Of a stretch of DNA of 64,000 nt, positions 13,198 to 26,666 are shown piece by piece; within the stretch, counting starts at the first letter, position 1, and every line of letters starts with the position of its first letter. This DNA comes from Saccostrea echinata (taxonomy: Eukaryota). The stretch is from assembly GCF_033153115.1 (NCBI RefSeq), contig NW_026889786.1:434001-498000 (forward strand), in the 5' to 3' direction. The notes under the pieces were generated by a model. That model worked only from the letters and a program-made list of their open reading frames with translations. It ran no database searches and was not told the DNA's origin. Position numbers and translations under genes: made by a program.

Positions 13198-13599
13198 ATG
13201 GCTCAAGGACTGAAAGATCTGCATTTGAAACTTACCCGTAACGGAAAAATTGAAAAGGCTGCAATTGTTGACAAAACAGGGAAAATTGTCGCATGCAGTA
13301 AGAATTTTACTTTAACTGACTGTGATATTAACGCGATCAACTGTGCCCTGTCTGGACAATATTCTTCACTTGTGAAAATGAAATTTGGAAAAGAAATGTT
13401 CACGTGTTTTCGGCAATGTGAAGATAAAGACACTCTTGTGGGAAAAAACGATGAAGAGATTTTGGTCGCCCATCGCAGGAACGGTTTTCTGGTGGTTGGA
13501 ATTGGTTATTCAGATACGCCTGGTTCTTGCTTGTATGAGGTTACACACTTTGCCAAGAGATTCAACTCCAAAAGATACAGCTGCAAAATTGCTTCTTAG
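13198..13599 (+). CDS. Divergent profilin-family protein (133 aa, uninterrupted CDS)
   Basis: Profilin length; N-terminal pattern L..G.IEKAAI.D..G..VA.S..F.LT; C-terminal LVVG.....PG.C...V...A. Confidence 0.75.
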   Translation: MAQGLKDLHLKLTRNGKIEKAAIVDKTGKIVACSKNFTLTDCDINAINCALSGQYSSLVKMKFGKEMFTCFRQCEDKDTLVGKNDEEILVAHRRNGFLVVGIGYSDTPGSCLYEVTHFAKRFNSKRYSCKIAS

Positions 13600-15136
13600 A
13601 ATTGGAAGTTTACAGATTTTTAATTTTAAAAACTTTGAAAAACATTGAAAACTAGAAAGCTTCAGATTTTTGGTAACAGTAAACAGCTCTTTTTATTCTT
13701 GCTACTTGTGCGGTTTGTTCTCATCGGCTTTTATTCTGTTGTACAGAAAAGAGCAAATTTTTATGTTGTAAAAATGACAAACTTTGTTATTTTTTTTATT
13801 TGTGTTGTTATCGTTTATTCCTTTTTTACGTTTTAATAAAAAAAAAAACCAAAAAAAAAAAAAACCGAAATTTACTCGTAATTCTTTTCAGCCGCAATAA
13901 GCCTACGATCAACAGGTATAAATGACAGGTTTTTTTTTTTTTTTTTTTAGATTGATTTTACTTGAAGATCATACCTTTGATAAAAAAGGTCAATATTGAA
14001 ACGATTAATGATTTGCTTTTTATTTTCTTGAAATAGTGATCAACACATTGAAAATATATTAAAAGTACATTTTCTGTTTGACTTCAAATGTGATATTCAT
14101 ATAGCACAGAAATATATCCTAAAATTATTAACTTTTTTTTTAATTTAAACTTTTTGACTAATTTCAATAAAACGTTTCTTTGAATTAACAAACAAATTAT
14201 CTGTAACCAGAACAAGATACCGAAAACAGAAATTTGCTACCATATACCGTAACTCTTTTATTGTTTATTGCTGAACGTGTCCTACTCAAAAACTACCAAC
14301 AAAGGAATTGACTGACAGGATTCCATTCAAAATTAATCTCATAATGTTTAATAGATTCTTCATACATTTCTAGAAGTCATTAACTTAACACATTCTGGTT
14401 GGTCCTGAAATTGTGGGTGTTGGGGCCTTGTGAAATCCATGCTAATATGACCTTCGTGACATTCTTCGGCAAATAAAGGCTGGTCAGTATTAGAGAGTGG
14501 ACAGTATAATATTTCAGCTCATTGGTTAAGGAAATGGGGACAATTTGACAATAACTGGAACATGCACTTGATGATATTGATGACGTACTAGGGCGTGATG
14601 TCCTCGTGTGTCCTTTTTGTAAGCAGCCGTCGTCTCGACTTCTTCACAGAAAAGGAATTTAAAATTTTAGATACGGATGTAAACATTTAAACAATAACAA
14701 GATTTGAATCGATTAAGATACTCTGAAAGCATTTACAGTGTCGACGCATAGAATAAAAATTCCTTTAAACATAGACCTGAAGCAGGTCTATGCTTTAAAG
14801 AACCCTCTAAACATTGCACACTAAAGAGTTCTTTTATGCAATAAGAGTAATCTACCCTTTAATCTAAATTACTGTATTGCTGAATATTGTAATGAATTAA
14901 TTCAAGTATCTTAATATCTAAAAAGGCCAAGATAAATCCACTGCACACTTTATTTGAACGTAACCCCCCCCCCCATTAATTTAACAACAATGAGTTCTGT
15001 TCATCAAAACTACATTGTCTTTGTACATTTTTCCTGGGGGTAAATACCACGTATATCCTACGTTGAAAATTACAGAGAAAAGCTCCGTATTTACACCCTG
15101 AATACTATACAATTATTGCTGTTTTTTTTTTTTTTA

Positions 15137-15467
15137 GGTCAATACGATGATTTAGACACCTGAGGAGTACAATATTCACCGAGCCCGAAGGGCGAGGTGA
15201 ATATTGTACTTCAAAGGTGTCTAAATCATCGTATTGAGCTCAAAAAACAGCAATAACTGTTTTATTATATGATTATCTATTTTTGGTCTAATGTAGAATA
15301 AATAATTCGTTATATTGACCTGGAAATAATTCCTTATATTGACCTGGAAATAATTCCTTATATTGACCTGGAAGGTCAGGTGCAGGTCAATATAACGTAG
15401 CATTTTTCTAACATTGTTGGATCTCAGCCAATCAGAGAGATGGGAATTATTCAATCATATAATAAAA
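15137..15467. mobile_element. Hairpin-ended non-autonomous element (Crypton-like) with 24-bp triple repeat
   Basis: About 45-bp stem around ttcaccgagcccgaagggcgaggtgaa; tttattatatga / tcatataataaa inverted pair; (ttatattgacctggaaataattcc)x3. Confidence 0.55.
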
Positions 15468-16790
15468 TACAATATAATTTCCCTATGTCCAAAATATATT
15501 TTCCTTTGGTGTATAGAGGGATTTTACGAAAACCCACGAAAAATTCATTTTGTGATTCTGAATAAATATTTAAAAAAAATGGTAATATATTTGAAAACAT
15601 TTGGGTTCGGGGAAGAGGCAAAGAAACTGTCCCTCATTTATTCCTGTGCTCATTTTGATGCGCGATAGGGGAAACAAGTCAGAGATCACTCTAGTGCACT
15701 TAAAACACTTAGTCTCACGTTTCATTCCAACATGGGATTGGAATTGGAAATGCTAAATCGTGCAAGCTTTATTCTAAAATCACGATCTGGGAAAATCAAG
15801 TGGCCAGCAAACTGACGTATTAAAAAAAATGAAAAATAGATAAGCTAAGGACGATGTTGGCAAACACTGGTGTACTACTAGGGACGGACGTCTGGAAATG
15901 TCGGAGACTGATCGGGGATTTGATCACCAATCAAATATTTATCAAGTAATAATACGACTCAGGTGTGTTATGGATACATGAGTGACACCGAGAAAGTGTC
16001 AGAAAATATATACCCTTACGTATGCAGGTAACAAGAGTGCAACGACAGCGATCTAGTCCTGGCATGTTTGTTACTTAACAAAGATATTACTAATTCTGAT
16101 AACAGCGACCTTTTTATCAGCTATTTTAAAGATTAAACTAAATTGGGAATAAATATGCAGGTTTTTCATTGTAGAGAGAAGGTCGTTCACACAATAGCTA
16201 CGTGAAATGCTATGTACAACTTATGAAGTGTGTATTCTTGACCGATTGATTGACGAATGACCTTGAAAGTACTGATGTTTAAAATAATTAATTACGATAG
16301 ATTAATTACATGAATGGGATACCAAATTCACTATGTAAATACACGAATGCAAAATGTTATTTATATCTATTAATCTTTCTGTTGTCAAATCACCGGTAGT
16401 TCTTTTATATACTAGTAACGAAGTGTTCGAACTTGCATGTTGAATTTTGGTCGACTTTTAAAAAAATCCAAAATTAGTTCTCAATTTATAGATAGGGTCA
16501 GCCAACTTCCTTTTATACAGGTCCTTTTGCATATATTAACTGTAACACAATGATATTTTTCTGAATTTGAGCAAATTTTTCTATACTTAAAAGAACGTAA
16601 AAGAAGCATTCCACTCGGAGCTCCTTGCGTGGCTCGTACCTCGCACACTGTGGGGCGTAGCCATGGTAGCGGAGTCAGCCGAGGATTGCTAGCTCACTTT
16701 AAGATTTACAACGGGTTGCAATAATAATGTTTCTAGTTATTACAGACCCATATATCTTACTAAATTTCCATACTGAAAACGTTATGAATG

Positions 16791-19700
16791 GAGCTCATTT
16801 TCGTAGGTTAAAAAAAATAATTTTTCGCGTTATCACGCGAAACTTTCGAAAATAAACGCGTAACTTTCGCGTTATAACGCGAAGCTTACGCGAATAAACG
16901 CGAAACTTTCGCGTTTTAACGCGTAACTTTCGCGAACAAACGCGAAACTTTTATAACGCGTAACTTTTGCGAATAAACGCGAAACTTTCGCGTTAAAACG
17001 CGAAACTGTTGCTGTGAAACCGAGACATTTGCAGAAGTCTTCATTTTCTCTTGATTTTATAATCTATTTTATTCATAACAATGAAAAAAGAAAGGCTATT
17101 TTATACGAAAGCCCATTGAGCTCATTTTCGTAGGTAAAAAAAATAAATTTTTCTTGTTATTACGCGAAACTTTCGCGAATAAACGCGAAACTTTCGCGTT
17201 ACTTTCGCGAATAAACGCGTTACTTTCGCGAATAAACGCGAAACTTCCGCGTTATAACGCGAAACTTTCCCTGTAAAACAGAGACATTTGCATAAGTCTA
17301 CAGTTTGTTTTACTTTTTAATGATCTAGTTTATTCATTACAATGAAAAACGAAAGACTATTTTGAACTTGGATTAACACAAGCTGAAATTTTATGTTTTC
17401 TCGCCATTGAATGTGTCTCTCTTCTTTCTAAATCTTTTTTGTCGTCACATTTTGTCTTTCTCAATGCTGTTCAATACAAGTGTTGAAGCGTATAGTAGAG
17501 GAGCGAAAATACAAGTCTAATTTTAATTAGATTGAACACTCTCTATAGAATTTGAAATGAAAGATCTCAGAAAATTGACAACAATGAGGTAAATTTGTAT
17601 ATTTCACGGAACAATTGTGTCACATCACATGAGTAACATGTGAAAATTGGATGACAAATATTCGTATCAAATGATTCATCTCCAATAGACTCACTGTAGA
17701 CATACAACATTGTATTTTAAGGTTGCACCACTTGGTCATACCATTATAATTACTTACGAAAACATTGACAATTTATTCAAAGAAAGCAAGGAGTGGAGAT
17801 CTTCCTGAGAAAAAAAATTAGTCGAAAGAATTTCTTGGATTCAATAAGTGAAAAACAAGAAAATCTTTAAAGGAATATTCATTTAATTAATTAGTAAGGT
17901 TTTGAAATTAAATGCAAAATCAACACTAATCTATCCATTTCTCGCATCTATTCTCATTTACATCTTCTGAAGAAATGTCATTTATAAATATATAGAAGTC
18001 CCCCTCTGCGTTCATATTTTTATCTGTCAGTCAACATCACAGGTTCCTGAGAAACATGACTATAGATATATTATTTCGCGTTATAACGCGAAAGTTACGC
18101 GTTTATTCGCGAAAGTTACGCGTTTATTTGCGAACGTTTCGCGTTATAACGCGAAAATTACGCGTTTAATCGCGAAAGTTTCGCGTTATAACGCGAAAAA
18201 TATTTTTTTTTTACCTATGAAAATGAGCTCAATGGGCTTTCGTAATTTTGAACTTGGACCATCACAAGCTACAATTTTAAGTTTTCTCGACATTCTAAAT
18301 CTTTTTACCGTCACATTTTGTCTTCCTCAAAGCTGTTCAAACAATTCAAAATCTCTGCGAGTTTTTCCAAAGTGGAACTCTGTAATTATGAATTTTGGGG
18401 AAAAGATCACCCCTTTCCGTTGTCATTTTTAATACTCTCTGTAGAATTTGAAATAAAATTAAAATCTCACAAAATTGACAAATACAACATAGTATTTTGA
18501 GAGTTGCGCCACGTGATCATACCATTGCTTACGAAAACATTGACAATCAATTCAAATTGTACGTGCAAACTCTTTGCTGATTACCTAAACAGTTTTAATT
18601 CATGGCGCTAGTCCACGAACTTTTTAATAACCCCTCGTATAAATTATGGAGGAAAATCAAGAAAAGTAGACTCCTCTTCTCGAAAAATTTGTAAATAGCA
18701 GTATCCAATTATAACTGTTCTTTAAAAAGCGTCATATGGCACGTTAAGCTCTTGTACATTGTTCCCAATTTTTTTACCGTACGGTTACCTGAGGAGGGGG
18801 AGTGGTCTTGGTATACTGGTGTTATTTACCTGGGGAGCCCCAATACTCAAGATGTCAAAAATCCCTATACACGCTGCATTACACAGGAAGTCCGGCTTTT
18901 GGTAATCAGGGTCAACATTACGCGTTTTGTGCACAATTTAGAGTGAAAATATTTAAAATAAATTATGTACTGAAATATAAAATTTGTAGAGTTAGAGTTT
19001 TCGTCGATATCTTTTGAAGAAAAAAATTAAAAAAGACATCTTTTTTTAAAAATCGTAAAATTAAAAAAAAAAAAAAAGGTGAAAACTACAAAGCAATCAT
19101 ATCAATATTCTAATCGCCAATAAAAGAAATTATCATAAAATATTAAGTGTGAATATTGAAATAAAAAGATTTCACTTATTGTGTGGACACAGCGACATGA
19201 TATTTTTGTAACCAGAGTGTATACAAAGCGACCATTCACGCGGTACATGAAAGCGTGCGACTCGCGACCAGGTAATTGTTTTCAAAACATGCAAACTCTG
19301 ATGATCAGGTAGCCCACGTAGCTGGCCCGTCAATCAGATCGGAAGCTATTGTTTTTTTTAATGATTGACAGGCGGTATATTATTGATCTTGAATTAGGTG
19401 GATTTTGGGGGCGTTGACATAAAATTGGGTGTTTAAGCCAGGTTTCTACAGTGTATAATCTTTAGTCCAAAATGACGGATTGCTTAATTTACTAGTGGTA
19501 CAGTTTTAGTGAACTTTAATGATAAAAAAAAAAACAGCTTTGAAAAAAGTGACAAGTGGAGATCTTCCTGAAAAAATCACTCTAAAGAAGTCTGGGATTC
19601 AAGAAGTGAAAAACAAGAAAATCTTTAAAGGAATATTCATTTTATTAATTAGTAGGGTTTTGAAATAAAATGCAAAATTTCTGAAGACTAATCTATCCTA

Positions 19701-19923
19701 TTCTCGCATCATTTCTCTTTTACATCTTCTGAGGAAATGTAATTTATAAATTCATAGAAGTCCCCGTCTGCGTTTATGTTTCTTATCTGACGGTCATGAT
19801 CAAAGGTTCCTGAGTAACATAACTAAATACATATAATTTCGCGTTATAACGCGAAAGTTTCGGGTTATAACGCGAAAGATTTATTTTTTTAACCTACGAA
19901 AATGAGCTCAATGGGCTTTCGTA
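16791..19923. mobile_element. IS3EU-like non-autonomous element, outer copy with clipped left TIR
   Basis: gagctcattttcgtagg at 16791 vs cctacgaaaatgagctcaatgggctttcgta ending 19923; flanks tgaatg / tgaatt; subterminal CGCG-rich ~21-bp repeats. Confidence 0.7.
17104..18244. mobile_element. IS3EU-like non-autonomous element, inner copy nested in its own family member
   Basis: About 40-bp TIR tacgaaagcccattgagctcattttc(g/a)taggtaaaa with one mismatch; flanks atttta / attttg. Confidence 0.8.
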
Positions 19924-21323
19924 TGAATTGAATTAACGTCGAATAACTATTTTTTTAAGATACGGTATGATTTTGTTAAAACTGAACTGCTTTCTTGGTA
20001 TTATAGTAAAGCCTTTCTCAGGACAAGGACTCTTGTACATTAATGAAATTTTATATCTTAAAAACAAAAAACTGGACTCGCTGCTACTTTATCATGTTAT
20101 GGCCGTAGTACTCAACAAAAATAAATTGAACCCCCCCCCCCACCTATAAATTGAACCGGGGACTTTGCAACGTTATTGATTGCTAAAGCTGTGAAATTTT
20201 GCACTTTTGTCATTTTTTAAATGAAAGACAAAATCACAGTTATTGTTCAATTCGAAATTGATCCTGTCGATTTTTTTTACCCCAGGTTGCTTGCATAGAC
20301 CACGATGAAATACTTCAAAAGTAATTTTGAAATTTACTATGCATATTTGAATTAGGAGTTACTTTCCTCTTAACAGTCTTTAATAAACCGCAAATCAGAC
20401 ACGGATTACTTTTCCTGTGACTGATAATGAAATTCAAAGGTTAGAATACCCTATTTAATAGCTTTCCCCGCGTATCTCAGAATGATAGCGTCTTTCACTA
20501 TTTTTTGAAATTTTTATTCCTTCTTTTCCAACTTTACATAATGATAGGTTTATGCTTTCAAGTTTCGAGGCTATAATACTTTAAGAACGCTTAGGAACCA
20601 TTTTAGCTACGTGAAATGTAGTAACTTATGTCTGAAAATTTTGTCAATAAAGGAACTATGTTCATGTTTCGTATCGTTAAGAAATTCCTTGTTTTGGTGT
20701 GTGCAAAGGTCAAGGAGAATAATGACAAAGCGCAACAAGAGACAAAATCCCAGATTTTGCAATATGCATTGTAAGATACGTATATGTTCTGATATTCTCT
20801 ATTTACTGGGCGGAATTATATGAAAACGATAACGCTGGAAATTACCACAATAAGCTTTATAATACTAAAAACTCCAGTACCTCAAACCTTTAACTCATAT
20901 GAAACTACTATTGACACCAAGCTCGCTTAGTTATTATGTAAATTTTGAATTTACTTTATTTACTAATTTTGAGTTTACAAGTCTGACAAGCGAAAAACAA
21001 AAATCTGACCAAAAAGGGGGGTACTTCACAAAATAATCTGACAAGATAAAAAAATAAACTTCCAAATCCTGGAATTTGCCAGTGATCGACCTTACAACAA
21101 AAAGAAGGAAGGGGGGGGGGGGAGGGGGGGCAATCAGCGTAAAAATTACTATACTCCGAAAAAAATCCCCTCTAACCCCCCCCCCCCGCGATCTTCGGGC
21201 CTGCAATATACCATGAACCAACTTAATGGAACTAGTCTGCTGCAAGCATATAATAATATGAACCATCATAATGAAACTAGTTTTCTGCAAGCATATAATA
21301 ATATTTGTATATATTGTATATCA

Positions 21324-21368
<45 letters not shown>

Positions 21369-21905
21369 CTTTGTCGTCCGTCTGTCTGTTAACCTTTCAC
21401 ATTTTCAACTTCTTTCTCAAGAACCACTGGGCCAATTTTAACCAAAGTTGGTACAAAGCATTCTTGGTGAAGGGGAATTTAAATTTTCAAATTTCCGAGG
21501 GGAGATGATCAAGAATATACAAAAATAGGGTGGGGTAATTAAAAACCTTCTTTTCAAGGACCACTGGGCAAGAAAAGCTGAAACATATGTGATAGCTTCT
21601 TGAGGTAGTGTAGATTCTAAATTGTTCAAATCATGGTCCCCGTGGCTAGGGTGGGCCACAATAGGGAATCAAAGGTTTATATTGAAATATATAGGAACGA
21701 TCTTTAAAAACCTTCTTCTCATGAACCACTGGGCTAGAAAAGGTGAAACTTATGTAGAAGGTTCCTGAGGTGATGTAGATTCTAAATTGTTCAAATTATG
21801 ACCCCCGGGGTAGGGCCACAATAAGTATTACATGGGGGGAAAGTCTGGTTAGAACAGCAGGGCCAAAATTACTCAGGTAAGCGTTGTGGCCCATGGGGCT
21901 CTTGT
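21324..21905 (+). mobile_element. HINE (Helentron-associated) element carrying Cg170-like satellite monomers
   Basis: Start ttagctcacctgagctgaaagctcaagtgagcttttctgatc, gtcc/gtct microsatellite, ~2 monomers (cttcttctcatgaaccactgggc..agaaaagctgaaa..gtagattctaaattgttcaaatcatgg), end caggtaagcgttgtggcccatggggctcttgt. Confidence 0.85.
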
Positions 21906-24539
21906 ATTATTTACTTATGTATTTGAGATTTTGCTATTCAAACTTCTATTTCTAGAAAATATTTTAAATCGTAATGCGAGTATAAAAATATAACTAGGCA
22001 ACTATTGGTAAATTTTAATTACACAATTGATTAACAACAGCAAACATCATTAACAGTGACCGAATATAACAGTATAAATATAGTCCAATTTGTTAGGATC
22101 AACAAAAATATTTAACTGTATTCAAATAAACACGCAAACAAAAAAATAGAGATCGGAAACTAAAATCACTCCAACTAAAGAAAGATAACTCTTCACTGTG
22201 ATAAACTAAAAGAAGAACGACAACTCATATATGCTTCTACAGATGAGAAAATGGAATGTTCAAAGGACCGAATTTAAACAATATATCAAAAGAGGGGGAG
22301 GGTTATACATAATATATATGAAAAGATCTCGACTATGTAATAAGATGCACCAATTATTAATTAATAATAAATGAGTTTAAGTCTGAAAAAGTGCAGATGT
22401 AAAAAAAAAACAACCATGTATTAGTTTTAGAGCATTTCAATAATTTATTGTAAAAATAAATAATTAAAAGGCTATACAACTAATACATGCATCTCTAACT
22501 GACACTTATATTCAACATACCAACATAACAAATCACTTTTCCTCCATTTCCCAAGGAAATTATTATTGATTAAATAAACAAATAACAGGGAATTACACAA
22601 AACATAACATACTACCGGTAAGCTTAGTTTTTGGTAAAATTGGCAAACTAGCAAAACCGATGTATAACAGTCTAGAAAAAATCAGTTCATGTGCAAGGTA
22701 TTATAAATACAGAGACATTGATAACATGACATTTTAATACTACACTAATTCAATGACTGGCCTATATATTTGCTGAAAATAGAGATAAGACTTCATAAAT
22801 GTCAACTGAAAAAGTCTACTCAAAGCGACACTGCATATTCTTATCTTAAAATCAAGAATTTTAACAATATGAAGAAATCAAAATATGTGCATCATTTTTT
22901 TTTACATACCATATGTCATATCATTATGATAATTTAGATTGTAACTCCAATGATTAGAATATATTTAAATACAGCACTTTCTAGGGGGAAACACATATAA
23001 AATGTACTCATCAAAGTGGCCTTCAATTGAACAGTCAGACACTTTCAAAACTTTCAACATTAGGTTGATAGCAATCAAGTATTATAAAGTCGAAAAATGA
23101 GTTTTCTACAGCACCTCCCCCTATGCCAGGTATCACTATACAATCAGTCAGGAGTCTACCCCTCCCAAGTCTGGTTGGAGGTTTCTCACAGTGACAGCTG
23201 ATTTCATTAGAAAAGTTTTTTTGAGCCTTTCACTATACAGTAAAACATGTGCCTGGGACTGACAATTTTGCTTCATTATAAACCTAATTCATTACATCCT
23301 TTAAGTTCACAATACTTTTTTTCAACATGGAGAAGGAAAATCACTTTGCTATAAGCATACTTCATTATGTGTTCACTATAGCATGAATTCATTATAAACC
23401 TGTTTATTATAAGTGTGTTTCACTGTATACTGTAAGCTCAAATCACAGGTCACTGTCTGCAGCTTCTGAGCAATGAACAAGTATTAAGTAATGTACTAAA
23501 ACATGCTTCAGAATGAAAAATAAAAAAAATGGTGCAATAAATTCTTTTGTCATAATTTACAGCATCTAGGTGATTGTTGTTCACAACTTGGCATTCACAC
23601 AATGCAAAATTCTTGTTACATAATAAAATGTCAGTTTTAGAACCTAGTATGTTATATCATATAGTCATACAATAAACAGATTCTTGATATTCTAAAATCA
23701 CCAGATGTGCATATAGCATTTTAAATCAATATTCTGTAGCCAAAATTTGGTTAAAATACAGTATTAGTTAGGACTGCTGATCTGTAATGGTTACAAGGAC
23801 CTGCTGCATAACCACCATTATACTGTCATTACTTGCTCTTTAAGTAAGTACCAAACAGGCTGCTCAATAAAAATACATGTAAATAAAAAATGTTCAGTGG
23901 GATTAGGTTTTCCTTTAAGCATTGTAATGGATTTTATTTCACGGCTCTGTGATTTCTCATGCAGATGGGTAAGACGAAACTGTGAAACTTACACTGTAGC
24001 ATTCACAAGAAATTAATATGGGTAAAAAATGTAAACTATAAATTGAGCAAACTGAGAAAAAAGAAGATTTTCATTTAAAAAAAAACAACAACAAAATATT
24101 AGAATAACGTATGTGCAAATCAGTGGTGTGTAAAGTATGGTGTGTTTGAAAATATATTAAAAAAGTATTCCGAGGAGACAGCTAGTACATGCAGTTAATA
24201 ATAGACTGAAAATAAAAAAATAGTGGTGGGGGCACTTTCTAGGAAACAGGCACTATTAAGGTATACACTGTATATGCTACTGCTTTAAATATATATATAT
24301 TCACAGAATTCCTAACATTACGTAAGAAAACATAATAATATTTGAAAAATAATGAAGGCAAAATATTGTTCTTAGACCAAACACACAAAAGTATTATTTG
24401 CACTGTCGATTATTTTCATGCTAGAAATTCTTGCAATTATTGAGAAACATGTGGTCACAATTAATACTATGTAAATAATTTAGCAGCCTGATTGTTTGCC
24501 AAATGCATGTTGTTGCAATACAAACATCAAACAATATAG

Positions 24540-24541
<2 letters not shown>

Positions 24542-24617
<76 letters not shown>
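24542..24617. repeat. (TA)n microsatellite
   Basis: Direct reading. Confidence 0.95.
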
Positions 24618-24619
<2 letters not shown>

Positions 24620-25734
24620 CTCACATACTGCTGTATATCATAATATAAATTTCAAAGCTAAGAAAGCATGCAAATGTTGATTTATGAAGGTATGAAATTT
24701 TATCAAAATTCTGCTTTATAATTAGACTTTAAACTGAAGTGATGTTAAATTTTTTTTCTCTCTTTCTCTTCTACAGAAAACAAAATTAATAATCCAGGAC
24801 ATACACAAAGACACAACATCTATAAATAACTATTCCTTGTTAAAAAACTAACAATTATCAACAGTACAAAACATAGTATGTACTGGCCATTAAAAAATAC
24901 AAGTTCCCTGTATAGCCTAGACGAAAAACAACATAAAAATTAAAGTTATTTAACAATAATGAATCATTCTGCACACAATACATTTATTATGACAGATATT
25001 AACAGATAAAACACAATGATGAAATTGATATTTTAACACTATAAATCGATTGTTTAGGGTACAAACTTCAGAGGCAAGCTGTACTAAATGTTATAAAAAC
25101 TGTGTCAACACTCAAGTGATGTTACAAACTACTTAAAAAAAAGAGTGTTGAAGGATTATGACACTGGCATGTAAATGATGTTAATTTCCTTAAACAGTAT
25201 ACACATAAACATTTATAACACACCAAATATTACCAAATGAGGAATATTAAAGTAAGGTACTTAGGAGTGCAGAATATAAGTATAAGTATATATATAATAT
25301 ATATATATATAATGTTGACAAAATATGTGCACCAATATTTTAATATATAACAAATAATGTTATTCATAAATGTATTATGCTAGCAGTATACAAGAGCTGT
25401 AATAGGCAAATACAAACTGTGCTTCTCATATTTAAAATGTTTTAAGATCATTCAGTTTGTCAACAATTTGGCAATACATGTATCAGGAATATTTATCTGA
25501 AAATCATAAATAAGATAAATAAACATAAAATTAGATAATCATTAATCATGTTATAAAACTCATGTAAAATTTTTCATTAAGGCAAAAATCAAAAGCCAAC
25601 TCAAAATGAAAAGAAACAAAAAAAAAGCAAAATATAAACCAATGGAAAAGAATGGCAAGTTGTCATTGTAAAGCATTATACAGAGATGATTGCAAACTAA
25701 TGAAAATAAAATGTAAAACATAGGTAATTGGAGA

Positions 25735-26573
25735 TAAAGAGGTCACCTCAACAAATGTTGTCTTTAAGTAAGGCAAAGTCCCACACTAAACTAATAATAT
25801 AGTAGTGTGCATCCCTAGATGCAACATTTATACAATTTTGGTCTGATAGGGCATGCAGTTACTTGGGAATGGACTTATCTAAAAACTTTAAACTAGTCAT
25901 TCATCCAGAAAATGTAAGTCAAATCCAGCATCTGAAGCAAGTTTGAGTGTGTTCGTCCCTTGATGCACCATCCATGCAAGTTTGGTTCAGATAGGTCATA
26001 CAGTTTCTTGGCAATGGACCTGCTCCAAAAACTTTAACCTGATCACTCATCCAGAAAATGAAGGTCAGATCCAGCATCCAAAGCAAGTCAAGTAGTGTGC
26101 ATCCTTAGATGTATCATCCATGCAAGTTGAATCAACATTGAACTTATATTTACTTGGAAATGAGATCTGCTCTAAAAACTTTAACCTGGTCACTCATCCA
26201 GAAAATGTAGGTCAGATCCAGCATCCGCAGCAAGTCCAGTAGTGTGCATCCTTAGATTTATCATCCATGCAAGTTTGGTCAATATAGTTACTTGGAAATG
26301 AGATCTGCTCCAAAAACTTTAACCTGCTCCAAAAGCATTAACCTGCTTCAAGAACATTAACCCGGTCATTCTTTAGATGAAATTGCAGCATCTGAGACCT
26401 TGACTGGTACTATGAAACACACTAGAAGCATCCTCCATGCATCTCTGATAGATATAAGGCATAGAAGTTCACAAAAAGAAATCTGCTCCAAAAACTTTAA
26501 CCTGGGACGCTGACGCCGAGGGTATTACATAAGCCCCCCCCCCCCCCCCAACTTCATTGAGGTGAGCTAAAAA
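25735..26573 (-). mobile_element. HINE-like element with ~146-bp tandem repeat array
   Basis: tcatccagaaaatg at 25901, 26047, 26194; end gacgctgacgccg...aacttcattgaggtgagctaaaaa. Confidence 0.7.
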
Positions 26574-26666
26574 TAGCTATTTTTGTAATAAAATGATTTT
26601 CACATAGGCTTTCAAAACAAAATCAACTTCGAATACATTTTTCACAATATTAATTCACAAAAGAAA

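Noticed and set aside
16610-16705. GC-rich island considered as an HDV-like or hammerhead ribozyme or ncRNA
   Set aside because: Could not assemble the required pairings or core motifs by eye; an Infernal/Rfam scan would be needed
16820-17275. CGCG-rich short repeats resembling a CRISPR array
   Set aside because: No unique spacers, eukaryotic context; they are subterminal repeats of a DNA transposon
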